64,000 nt of DNA from the NCBI GenBank assembly GCA_051362555.1, contig CM120649.1, forward strand, positions 124,001 to 188,000, read 5' to 3'. This stretch comes from Lingula anatina. Taxonomy: Eukaryota; Animalia; Brachiopoda. Positions 14,752 through 27,674 of the stretch are shown in pieces; position 1 is the first letter of the stretch, and the number at the start of each line of letters is the position of its first letter. The translations under genes and the position numbers were made by a program. The notes beneath the pieces were generated by a model that saw only the letters and a program-made list of their open reading frames with translations, ran no database searches and was not told the origin of the DNA.

Positions 14752-16540
14752 CACGTGCTTTCATGTGTGTGACTGTAGTAGAACAGTTTGATGTCTGGTT
14801 TGTTTTTTCCTGAAAGCTGACAAAGTTTTTCTCCATAGATTGGTGCCAATTTTCTCATCTTGGAATCCACGTTAGTGCCCGGCCTACATAATACAGAATA
14901 CAACCTATTATACTGCGATATAGAATTAACTATTCCATTTTATATACATGAAAAACATATATTGCTTCGTTTCTTTGGGTAACAAAAATTATGACTAGCA
15001 TCGAGCCGTCAGTACTAAAGCCCAACATTTTGGAATGCACTAGTAATCTAGTGAATGTTCCACATTGTGAACTAATCATTTAAGTCGGGGAAAACGAAAT
15101 TAACCAGAGAAAAACAGACGATCAGCAATCTACATCCCCAAACCATAGATTCTGGAAAAATTCCAATACGGTTTCTGCATTTAATCAGACGGTTCTTCGA
15201 CTTTATCAATTATAACCTTTGAAACCATTTGTTGAGTAGTTAGCATCAGAACCATCGAAATTGGCACTGTAAATACATGGTAAACAATTATTCCCTCCCA
15301 CAATTGATAAAAGTATAGCTTATGGGCTTGTTCGAAGATATTGTGGTGTATGTCTTGGCTTTGTAATGATTTTGTTCTGTTTTCATATTCCACAGCTCAA
15401 ACAAATGCACAAGTCTCATCATCTCCGCGGACACTTCGGGACGAGATGATGTTTTTATTATCAATTCGATGTTTGGAATTAAACAACATCTTAAGCTAAT
15501 ACCTTTTAGCTTATAATACCATATATGATAATAAATAAATGAGTTTTGCCCCCTCCTACACCAAAGTAGCCCATTATATGTAAAGAATCTGTACAACAGC
15601 AATACTTATAACGTGTCTTTTTCTGTATTTTTGATCAAAACAATTCATAAGGATATTTGCTTTCTATTACAATTCTTCAATTTTTTGTTGCGACTGTATG
15701 AGAAACATTGTGAAATTAAAGAATTAGAATAGCATATTATACAAGAACTTACCTTCCAAGATTCAATGAAATGCTAATATAAATCCCAAAACAACCCACA
15801 GATTACTCTCAACATGCAAACCGCGTGTTATGACAATAATTGAGTAATTACTAATTACATATATAGTGCTAGTTATGGGTCCACAATGCCAGTACCACCT
15901 TCCATATAGTGTATATGATCAATAATTATAGCCTCTAGATGTCCCCCGCGGTTCTACACTGAAAGTGTGAAGCGGTTTTACACTGAAAGTGTGATAATTA
16001 TGAATCTGTGCAGTCAATAATGATCTTAATTACCAGTCAATTATAACAGTCCAATATTCTTCCCGCCAGGAAAGCCAGGTAATCACTACCCTTGTTTAAA
16101 ATACGAAGATGATTGATAATTCATCTTAATTGATACAATTTGTCTAAAGATGGTAATTCTTATTCTTTGACCGCTGCCTTACCGATCTTCTGCATTTGGT
16201 ATGTTTGAAATGCAATAGCAGCTACAGGAGTTTGTTGCAGGAGCAAGGATCAAGTAAAGAAATATAATATACATGTAGTAGCGCTCTGCGTTCACTGGAT
16301 AATGCATTCAAATATAAGTAATTTAATACCTAGATTACCAAGATTAAAATCTTGTATTTTTCAATCAATAAATATGTATAATCTAAAGTCTTTCCCGTTC
16401 CATACTGCACAAGATAAAACGTTTGAAACTATGAAAAACATTCACCCATCTTGAAATTTTCTTTTGAGACACTGATATTTCTCTTTCACACTTAATACAT
16501 AACGTGTCCCTGACATAATAATGTATGTATAGCATATACA

Positions 16541-16732
16541 GTATTATGGGGTATAAACATATTTGTTAAGGGGTATTATGGGGTATGACCATATTTGTTA
16601 AGGGGTATTATGGGGTATAAACATATTTGTTAAGGGGTATTAAGGGGTATAAACATATTTGTTAAGGGTTATTATGTGATATAAACATATTTGTTAAGAG
16701 GTATTATGTGATATAAACATATTTGTTAAGGG
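16541..16732. repeat. ~32-bp minisatellite, about 6 copies
   Basis: unit GGGGTATTATGGGGTATAAACATATTTGTTAA. Confidence 0.9.
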
Positions 16733-19700
16733 GAGCCATGCTAAAGTCTGTAGTACACATTTCGCAGTTCTTTCACCTCAAGGCGATGCTTGCTGATATA
16801 ATCACTTTAATGGAAACGTTGAATTAAATGGATACAAAGAAATGTTAGATAACATTGAGGGATACAGCCTCAATTATAATTGTATGCCTGCACTCACCAG
16901 CTGTGAAACACCTTGCCATTCTCAAGTGAAACAATAGAAGTGCCACGAAATACGCTGGATAGTAGAAGTATTGGACAAGTGAAGTGTGCATTACATGCTA
17001 TAGAATAACCCATTGTGGACGACCTACAGCACGACTATACGATGGATGACCTATGAAAGGCTATAGAGCAATGGGACAACCCACGATAAAGTGACAACCC
17101 GGGATAGGACAATCTACAATGGGACAATCTACGAGAAGATCCCTCATAATGTGTTAACCCATCTTAAGATAAACTACAATGGACAAAACGAGATATATCA
17201 ACCCAAAATGGGATATTCCACAACGGGACACCATGCAATGGGACAACCTATCCCAAGGCCCACAGCCGGAATAGTGGCACATGCTGACAATTGACCATCG
17301 CTTGCTCAATTTTTAATTACTGATTGTATAAAAGAAAGGCATGTCAGTATCTTGTGTTTCACATTTATCAAACGCCCATCTCTTTCTTGCACACAGATGT
17401 AAGGGGAGGGAAGGGTATAAGATCTAGCAGACGCAAACATTTGGTCAATCTTGTATTCATAGATAAGAAACAAGGATAAAATCAAACCAGGCATTTCTGT
17501 ATCTCAAGTTGCAGCAGAGCCCTGGAATTTCTTGAATTCCGGGAAATATCCGGGCTTCATTTGCTGTGCATCATGCCTGATGGCTCGCCGCTAAGTTTGT
17601 AGACCGTTACAAGGGGTGGAAACACTCTAGAGAAGACCTGATACAAAAATTGATACTTCTGGCGCCAATCTTGGGGACCCACTTGTCGAAAGCTTATGAC
17701 AAGTTTCGATAACAATCAGTGTTCACCGCCAAAAATATGAGGTACCCATTTTTATAAAAATGCTTGACAATGAAAATGTTCATTTATTTTAATATTTACT
17801 GTTTACACAGTTTTCTCAGAGGCACCGGTGAATGAAAATGTGCACTGCCCTAGACTTGCCATAAAATTGTCTTTAGATAATTCGACATGCTTTTTATGTA
17901 TAATATTCAATATTTGCAAAACCAATTGTATATGGCTTAATAGTCGTAATGCAACGGTTTTGAAACACAGCGTTATCCCAAGACTTAAGAAGAGTTGTCA
18001 GAGTGCATTCATATGATCTTAAAGTTGTTGACTTTAGGGATTTGGATGGAGTCCGCTTTCAGGCAGTTACTATTGGAATATTCTTGCCGCATGGCTTCCC
18101 CTTCGATTAACAGAAACAGTAAAAATATAATCAGCATACTTTACGGGCAAGGGAAGAGTTTGCAAGATGTATAGCCCTATTTGTATATTAGGTCTTATAT
18201 GCTCGAGACACAATGTTATTAAAGAAAGAACCATTTTGCAAGAGTAAAATAAATAGTATTGGCTCCCGAGCACCTGTTTTATTTAAGTGTTTTATTTATG
18301 GGGAACGCATGAACGTGGCCAAATGACATGGGGCACCTGTTATTTGACAGATATACCGATACAAAAAAATTAAAAATAAAAATTGGACAATGTACTACAC
18401 ATATATAGCAAGGAAGGGGATAAGTCAATATCTTAGTTTTTTAACATTTAGATTTAGAAGGGCACATTACCTATGGCTTGTGCGTTTGCTTTCGTTTTTG
18501 GAAAGATCTCATGCTGCTTATCTGTACCAGTTGTAAAATGTTTTTGTCGATCCTATAGTAGCCTAACGACCGAAATAATATATCTCGAAAGAAAACAAAA
18601 GGTTTCACAATTTTAGTAGTGAGCTTACTCTTCGATGGTACCGAAGGTGATGCCAGCTTACAACAAACTCCAATAAAACACTCCCATTCCAGGCGGTACT
18701 TTCTGGCATGCGACCCACAGCTAACACCGACAAATGGTCTCCGGTTTCAGAGAAGAACTTTACTTCGGATTTGTTCCTTAACTCTTACACCATAATTTGA
18801 CCTTTTTCATCTTCAGATAAACCCGTGATAGTACACTTCAATAAACTAAACATTGTTCTGAAACTTAGCAGTGTGTTGTGTGTTATACCACGGACGGGAT
18901 ATCTCATTTTAAAACTGTTCTGCTGCAAATGAGTCAAAAACATCTCAAATTTAAGCCAATTTTAAGATAAAGATCTTTTATGAAACGGGACACAGTTAAA
19001 GATTACACCAGTGCTTGTCTAGCTTGATGCCAACCTGTGTTCTGTACATAAGTCCTAACACAAGATGAGACACATTATCCTTCTGTACAACAAAGTCATT
19101 CACCTCACAGACACATCCTTATCCATTTATAACATTTTAAAACACAAACCAAAAACCGAGGCCCTGTGTAAAGAATGTTCGTTATTGGTTATCCGCAGTG
19201 AAGGTCCCTAAATCTTAGACTAATGCCCCAGGGAGTGGAAATTCAATAGCAATCTTGGATTACACCAATAATTTTGAACGTTAGTCAGCGCTAGCGTAAT
19301 TTGAGGCCTAGCACGAGTCCCCAATATATCTTCAAGTCGTCCCCCCGGACCTGCGGTTTGACATATTAGTAGAGTGTAGCTGGCAATCTACATTTGAGAA
19401 CTGTCACGGCAGTTTTATATGGGGTTTGATCTGTGAAGGCTGGCATTGATCGGGTCCGGGATGCCGTGAGTTCGTAGAGGTTGGCTCGAACGTGTTGATT
19501 GGTGCGTCCGGGTACCCTGCCAACTGACCATACATTTCTATAAGGTGTGGCTCCTCGCTTGCACCCACCCCACCTCCAAATTTTTATGTTGTGAACATGG
19601 TCAAATATTTAAAACTGGGTTAATTTTGAACCGAATTACTTGAAATGATCTATCAGGACTTTGGCTCTCTAGGTTATAGTGTACGGTTGGGTACAGGCTA

Positions 19701-20204
19701 CAAAGTATTTGGCTAGCGGAGTGTGTAGATATAGGAATAATTAATAAAAGCCCACTCCTATAATTATGATTTGCGTTTATTTTCGATTTTATTTTCTAAA
19801 ACTGTTGTCAGACATAATGAGTTCATTTATTAATACGAAGTATGAAGAGGTGGGAAGGAGAGGGACGCAGTTGATTTGTTATCTATTTTTATTACCCGTA
19901 TGCGTTAAGGTTTGCGCTAGTGTGTATATGTGTGCATGCGTGCCTAATTTAATACCTGTTTTCTGTAATCTTGCTCCCAGATCCGCTTTCGTACGAGCGC
20001 ACGCCCGTGTTTGTTCACGCGTGCTACTTTGTGTGGTGATATTATACCTCATTTAGAAAATATGTTTATATCCCAATAGTAAAGGCATAGCAATACCCGT
20101 GCTATTGGAAGAGGAGGGCAGGACTATAGAAATAACATCTGACAGTTAAACACATCATGTTCACGTAAATGCTTTAAAGAACTTAGAGCCAACCACTGTA
20201 TCAT

Positions 20205-20796
20205 CCACCCCCCACCCCAATGCCCACCTACCCCTACCCACACCCACCTACTACCCCCACCCCCACTCCCACCTACTACCCCCACCCCCACTCCCACCTA
20301 CTACCCCCACCCCCACACCCACCTACTACCCCTACCCCCCACACCCACCTACTACCCCTACCCCCACACCCACCTACTACCCCTACCCACACACCCACCT
20401 ACTACCCCTACCCCCACACCCACCTACTACCCCTACCCACACACCCACCTACTACCCCTACCCCCACACCCACCTACTACCCCTACCCCCACACCCACCT
20501 ACTACCCCTACCCACACCCACCTACTACCCCCACCCCCACTCCCACCTACTACCCCTACCCCCACTCCCACCTACTACCCCTACCCCCACACCCACCTAC
20601 TACCCCTACCCCCACACCCACCTACTACCCCTACCCCCACACCCACCTACTACCCCCACCCCCACACCCACCTACTACCCCTACCCCCACACCCACCTAC
20701 TACCCCTACCCACACACCCACCTACTACCCCTACCCCCACACCCACTTCCTACCCCTATCCCCCCACACCCACCTACTACCCCTACCCCCACTCCC
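20205..20796. repeat. C-rich ~25-bp minisatellite
   Basis: unit CCCACCTACTACCCCTACCCCCACA with variants. Confidence 0.93.
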
Positions 20797-21400
20797 AACA
20801 CACACGCTAGATCTACCCCGTGCTTGGGGTCATATCCGCGCCAAAAGTCGGTGTTGTTTATCAAATTTATTGAATTCTTCGAAGCGTGAAGTTCGTGCGT
20901 TTCACCTGGTGTTCGTATGTCCAGGTGGGGGCCGCACTCCCAGACTGGCAGTCTAGAACATGTTAGAAAGCAGACCCGATTGACCCATACACAATCAATA
21001 AATATTAACACTTTGTAATGACCAGTTAAGAAACGGCGTTATACAAATGACCGCGTTATAGGATACGGCAACGTTAAATATTTAATAGTCAGCGTGAGGT
21101 TGGTCTCACAAAGAAGAACAACTTCAAAAGACGTTTTTGATCAGTTTTCAATTTTTTTTCTCTTGTCCACGCACATGTAACTCGGTCCAATTGACCAAAT
21201 GATTTAATGTTTGTTTAATATAAAGCCGTAAAACTGCACGTTTAACTTTAACTGGGGACAAATAACTTTCCAAATTCTAAGATTTACAACTTATCTTTTT
21301 GTTTTTCAAGTTTTGTATTAACCATTTTCTTTCAATTTCAGAATGAGACACTTTTTTTAAATCATATTTTTAACTCCGCTGTGTAGCATTTCTCTCATCA

Positions 21401-21461
<61 letters not shown>

Positions 21462-21943
21462 AACTATTCATTGTTCGCATTATGTTTTTGTGTCTAAAAC
21501 CTCACGTCACTATTCCTATTGCTTCTTAACTGTCGACTGGCACGCCATTGAGAAAATATGCATGTATACTGTATTTGTGACACGCGTTGTTCTAAAATAG
21601 ATGTGAATTAAAAATGCAGGTTTTGACGTTTAAATTCTCGTCTTATCACACAGATGTTTCAGACCTCTGTCTTGACGGGAATGGCTTCACGAATGGCTTT
21701 TCCCTCACTGAAGTGCTGGCTGGTTTCTTGGCTGGTTTCTAAAGCAGGGACGCCTAACATGTGCACCCGTCAGCATTATGGCACGTGGGTTAGCTAAACT
21801 TTGCAGTTTGTGCTTATTTCATTAGCAGTCGCTTTCTTTATCTGCTGTATTTGTCTCTTTATATTGCTGTTATAACTGGCGAACCTTAAATAATGCAGGT
21901 TTCCAAACGATTCCTGGTGGTTTGAATTTTGGTTCTGTAATTT

Positions 21944-21993
<50 letters not shown>

Positions 21994-24900
21994 CATAGTC
22001 TGGAACCTCCACATACAGCGGTTGATTGATTTCAAATGAACATTGAACTTGCCTTTTCAATAAACGTTTGATAACCAGTGAGATTTTTTTAGGCAAAATC
22101 TTATCTCGTATTGACCGAGAACAACATGAAAGTTCACCAATTCTGTCTTATGCCATCTTAAATTGCAAAGCCAATCCATGGACTTTTCAAAACCCAATAC
22201 TAAATTTAGGATCGTTACAGCAATTGCTTTAAATTAAAAGAAAGATAACAATTTCCAACGAAAGCAATGTATGCAGAAAAGTTATACAGGGCAAGGGCAC
22301 TGAATTCGTGAACCGGTATTCTCACCAAATTACGAACACCACTTTAACCTCGCAACGCAAATTAAAGCATGTGTGCAGAGCCTGTTACCTCGTGTGGGTA
22401 TGCGTGGGAGCGAGCGCACGTGCGAGCAGTAGCTTTGAGTTAAGTAAACTAACTTGGTCTGTATTTGTTAGGAAGGCATACACTAGACCGCGTGTGGAAC
22501 AACCTTACAGTTAAGACCCTAGATACATGTCTGCGCGCGCTGTCTGCCGCCGGCTTGGGATGCTTGCTCAAACACTCAGCAGAACACGGACAGAATTTGG
22601 ATAAGATCCTGCAACTGCACAAGTGTCAGATTGTAATTAATAGATTCTGCTGATGCACTGGCTAAATCACACTTTGCAATCATGATTTCTAAAGAAATGC
22701 ACACGCAATATACACACATACACAGAAAGACATTGTTATATAAAAAGGCAAGGTAATAGTGCAAATATACCCACCTTTTATGGTGCATACCCTTTTGCGT
22801 ATTATTATGCACCTGTGTGTTAAACTCCCAAATCTTGCAGTTGTTGTCCTCTTTTCTTTTACTTCTGTTTGTAGATTGACTTAATGTCTGATATCTGCTG
22901 CTTTAACTGTCTGCGCACCCTTAAGTGTGTTACATGTCACCCTAAGCTATACTGAAGTGATTGACACTTCTCTGTATAGCACACTTAGTAGCTGGTCAGG
23001 AGTCTTCAGCAACCCGTCCACGTGTGTAACGTGCTCCCCTTGACGCTCCCTTGGTGGAATGTCTCTCAACACGACGAGGACTTCCAAGACGCAAAATAAA
23101 AAGGAAACGCTCAGCTCAAGTGCTCTCGGATGTCGCACCGGAATATTTTGTCACCAAAGAAAGTCGGGCTATCGACCCCACTGGTGTCCGCCTTAATCCA
23201 TACCTTAGCTCGGTAATTAACGACTCCTTTACGCGGCGCTGCTAATCTCTGTACAAGCCCAACAAGCGCTGGATTCTGCCGGCGAGGCATAATTGGAACT
23301 GTAATCGATTTGATCGACCCATTTTCCGACATTCGCAGCTTGCCTGGGATATCCTAGTGAATTGACAAGACATAAAACAAGGCAGTCACTGTATGCAACG
23401 AAATTGTACTTAATTTCATAATCCTCACCGCAGTTGTAAATGCACTGTTAGTTAAGACAAATTACATTCACTGCCACATCGTACTAAATAAGCGCAGTGC
23501 TACTAACGGCATTCAAGGAATTTAACAGGAAGATTTAGGTTCTTAATAAGATCAATGGCTGTGCAAGCCAGCGGCCTTTAACTAAATACATTGTATCTCT
23601 TGAGACGTAGAGACTAGATTCAATTTGAGCTTTAATAAATAGCCGTTTACCGACAGAGGCAAGTGCAATTTGGAGAGAACAGAATAGCTGCTGTTAAAAA
23701 CGATAATGTAATTTGAGAGAGATTCAAGTTATAATTTTGACTGCCGGGTATTCCACGTAGACATCCTCGTATGCATGGAACAACACTAATTAGACTGCAA
23801 AATTACATAGTTGCTATTTTCATGTAACACCGTAGTAATTGCAATAAATATCATTCTACAGTTGAACCTGTGGGCAAGTTGTTGAATATATGTGTATATA
23901 TATATATATATTGTAATGTCGTTTATTTTGTGATATATTACAAATTTGTCCATAACTGACTAAATTCTGTGTGTTTGCCAATAAGAGCATGAAAAATAAC
24001 TTGCTTCGTTAAACTGAAAATAAAGTAGAAAAAAAGGAGAAAATGTGGTCTAGAAATAAGGGATTTTCATCGGATGGATCTTACAATTAGGCATGCACGA
24101 AGGATATGTTTTTATTTGTAATTTTATTGAAACAAGATAACAAAAATTTATTTTCAAAATAAAAACAAAAACGAAATATTACAAAATGACAAATATTCCG
24201 GTTGGATAACAACGGGTCTGAGATGAGCTCGCTCGAGATGACGTCGCTTTGTTATAGCTCTTTTCTAAGCAGGAAATCACCAGTGGAAGTCATGCAGAAT
24301 TACCCAGTGAGGTAGATCATTATACGGGTAAAAGGGGCGACAGTTGTCACATTCAGACAGAATATTTTTTACTGCTTTCTCCACCCAAAGTGAGACCTTA
24401 GTTTCTCCCCAAACTAAAGAAAGGCCAATTTCTTCGATCCCTTCTTGAACTGAGATAAAAGCGGTTCGCAATGCCCCCTGGGCAATGACGTCAAGTCCTT
24501 ATTAAAAGCCGCACAATCAATACCCCCTTCCCAGCGCCTGTGTCTATGTGGAATCGATCAACAAACATTTATCTTAAGCCTTACTGCGAGCTACATGTTG
24601 TATATTACCCCCTCGTGTAGTTTGAATTTCAAGAGACGGATCTAGGGCTATCTGTACGCATCGTTTGGTCCCCTTTCCCTTTCTGCTGACCAGTGAGGGG
24701 CGTGTTGTAGAGAATCTCCGGGTCCCCTCGTGTTATGTTGGTGTTTCAAGTTACGGATTGAGGCATCATGTGCGCCATAATACGACCCTCTTTCCTTTTT
24801 GATGACCGATGAAAAATATCTCAGCGTAAGATTTCATATTTAAAAAAAATTCTCAAAAAACAGTGCATTTCTACACGTTAAACCGTGGACAATGCAGGAC

Positions 24901-25803
24901 ACAGTGCACTTGGCTTAAGTAGGAAAAAAAATCAGAAATAATTAAGTGTACATATAGGTTTTGGTTTAGTATGGAGTACGATAGAATGATGTCCCGGATG
25001 GAACCAGAAAAATTCGTTATTTGTACATGTATTATGTCAAGAATGTTTTATGAGGCCTTTATTGAATGAAACATGCCCCTAAGTTTTAAGGTACAAACAT
25101 GTAAGCGTTTTGCACAAGAGAGATATGAAACAAGAGTTTTATCTAAAGACGAACTAATACACATGCAATATCAGGAGAACCATTCTGCCCAAGGCAATAT
25201 CTGTATCGTGTTTGATTACTGTGAATCATCTTTGTACACTGTCAGAATTTGGGAAGAAAAAAAAAGGGCCGGGTTCATTGAGCAGAAGACATAATGTTGC
25301 TGATAAACAAGTAAATATCAATGGACTTGGACTTGAAATCTACCGGTACATATACCAGTATAATAATAGTAATAAGAACTATAATGATTATTATTATTGT
25401 TGTTGTTGTTTTTATTATTATTATTATTATTATTTGCTGAAAACATATATGGCTGTTGACACATGAATCTCACTGGGGTTTGCTACTGTAGGTCTTTATC
25501 TTGTGGATCTCTCTCTCTCTCAAAGTAAAAATGAAACTGTCTACAAGAGTGTCATGTCCCTAATGTGTCATCTTCCTCGTCTCACTGGTACATGTACATG
25601 TCGGAGACTTAATTAGTTCTGGCCAATGAACTCATTCAAACAGGGAATGAACGCTGGATATAAAACAAGGTAAACATGTGGTCTCCTCCTTGATATCGAC
25701 TGTATTGAATGAGACCCGGGAGTGTCATGTAACGTCTGGACTGTCTGGATTAAGATAGATGCTCTGCACTTTATTTCAAATGGGACAGCGTACATGTACA
25801 ACC

Positions 25804-25845
<42 letters not shown>

Positions 25846-26963
25846 GTGCGATGTTAGCATAATCACTGTCTACTGTACTGCGTCATTCTCTTTAAGGATC
25901 TGATAGAAAATAAGTCTGATGTCTTTCATGTGTTATCCCATTCTCTCCCCATGTAAGGTCTCGATATCCTGAATATTAATCCTCACTTCAATGCCATTCA
26001 TCTATTCAACTGGGTCGCTACACGCTGTAGATTCCCCCATCTTCTCACACAAGATTAATGTCACTGCTGATAATGACTCGCATGGAAACGAGGCCTTTTT
26101 GTGGAGAATTTTCTCAGAAAAAAAGGATTTTCTTGCCTATTACGGTCTTTGTAATCGAACACTGTTCCCTCATTGGTTAACAGACAAATGTGTAAAATGA
26201 CAAAGTATTTTATTTTGAAGTCCTTGAAATTACGAGCACAGGTTATTTTCAAACATGTACAGCAACTGGGCAGACTGTCTTTTGGCAAAATGGATTATTT
26301 ATCTTGGCATGCAGCTGACTTCCCCATTCAAAATTTTAACCTACATGTATATTATATAGTCCTATCGAGCATTTGATATTGTGATGAATGCTTCCACCTT
26401 ACAGCTCCTCGATCCTCAACCTTCAGAAATCTTTGCATGGACGTTTTTTATAACCTTAGTCTATAGCTTTGTAATCCGCCTATTCTCTTATTAAGCCCTA
26501 CATCTTGAAAAGCAACAAAACTTTTGGAAAGCGAGATCGAGGTTGGAATCGCAAACACTTTCAACACCACACCAGTCTGTGTGCATTTATATGCTGTCAT
26601 GGTTGAGATGATTCACACCTAGCGCATCCGGCGTAGTCCTGAGGATATTGAAGAGTCTATAGCCTTTTCTTGTCTGAAGCATCGGTCTGTTTCCTATAAA
26701 ATTGTGGCCGATCTTTATTATTATTATTAGAAGGAGAAAAAGCATGGGGTGCCACATAAGTTACGGGGTTGGCGGGAATACGTGCGCGGTGACGCCCTCC
26801 ACCATTTTTAATCCACCATTCCGGTATTCAATACAATGTACTTTAAAAATACCACAATAATTAAGGATCACATTTGATATTAAAAATAAAACTGGTGGTA
26901 TGTACTACATATAACTGTACAGCTGTAGGCCCTACATATTCAATACTTGGTGGGATGTTGAAA

Positions 26964-27579
26964 TATTACTGGTATGTAGGTCTTCAGTCGCTCTCGAGTC
27001 AGCTTTTCCAGTCTCATCTAGCTTAATTAATTTTTTAAAATTATTTAATTAAAATATTATTAACAGCAAAATAAAAAGTACTAAATAAAGTGTTTTGTTC
27101 TCATATTTTAATTGAAAGGTGTATTGGGCGTATCAGGCTCCTTTTCTGTGTCACAGCTGCTGGCCTAGTAGAAGTTTAGCAATAGAAGTAATGTACCTCC
27201 GTGACCTTGTACTCTCCACGAATGCACTCGGGTCACCGGAAATACTCTCTAAGCAGTCAACATAAACTACTGGTATTACTGGTATGTAGGTCTTCAGTCG
27301 CTCTCGAGTCAGCTTTTCCAGTCTCATCTAGCTTAATTAATTTTTTAAAATTATTTAATTAAAATATTATTAACAGCAAAATAAAAAGTACTAAATAAAG
27401 TGTTTTGTTCTCATATTTTAATTGAAAGGTGTATTGGGCGTATCAGGCTCCTTTTCTGTGTCACAGCTGCTGGCCTAGTAGAAGTTTAGCAATAGAAGTA
27501 ATGTACCTCCGTGACCTTGTACTCTCCACGAATGCACTCGGGTCACCGGAAATACTCTCTAAGCAGTCAACATAAACTA
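26964..27579. repeat. Tandem duplication (2 x 306 bp, 4-bp spacer) of the MED12 proximal promoter/5'UTR
   Basis: 26964-27269 and 27274-27579 read identically; the second copy ends 2 nt before the ATG. Confidence 0.93.
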
Positions 27580-27590
27580 AGATGGCGGCC
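27545..27590 (+). promoter_or_regulatory. ETS-like (ACCGGAAAT) and YY1-like (AAGATGGCGGC) motifs at the MED12 start
   Basis: Motif matches only; typical of housekeeping promoters. Confidence 0.4.
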
Positions 27591-27674
27591 TTCCCGAGTC
27601 AAGATAATAGGTCGCTTAAAAAGCCGCGTTTGGGTCCTCCAGATGTCTATCCACAAGAACACAGACAAAAAGAG
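27582..27674 (+). CDS. MED12: MED12 exon 1
   Basis: [31 protein letters not shown], donor GAG|gtaaaa. Confidence 0.95.

Noticed and set aside
20220-20810. 196-aa Pro/Thr/His-rich ORF resembling an extensin or mucin
   Set aside because: It is the translation of a C-rich minisatellite with non-3n unit variants and has no splice or homology support.
7000-26900. Numerous 60-120-aa ORFs
   Set aside because: No recognisable domains or consistent exon chain; their sizes are as expected by chance.
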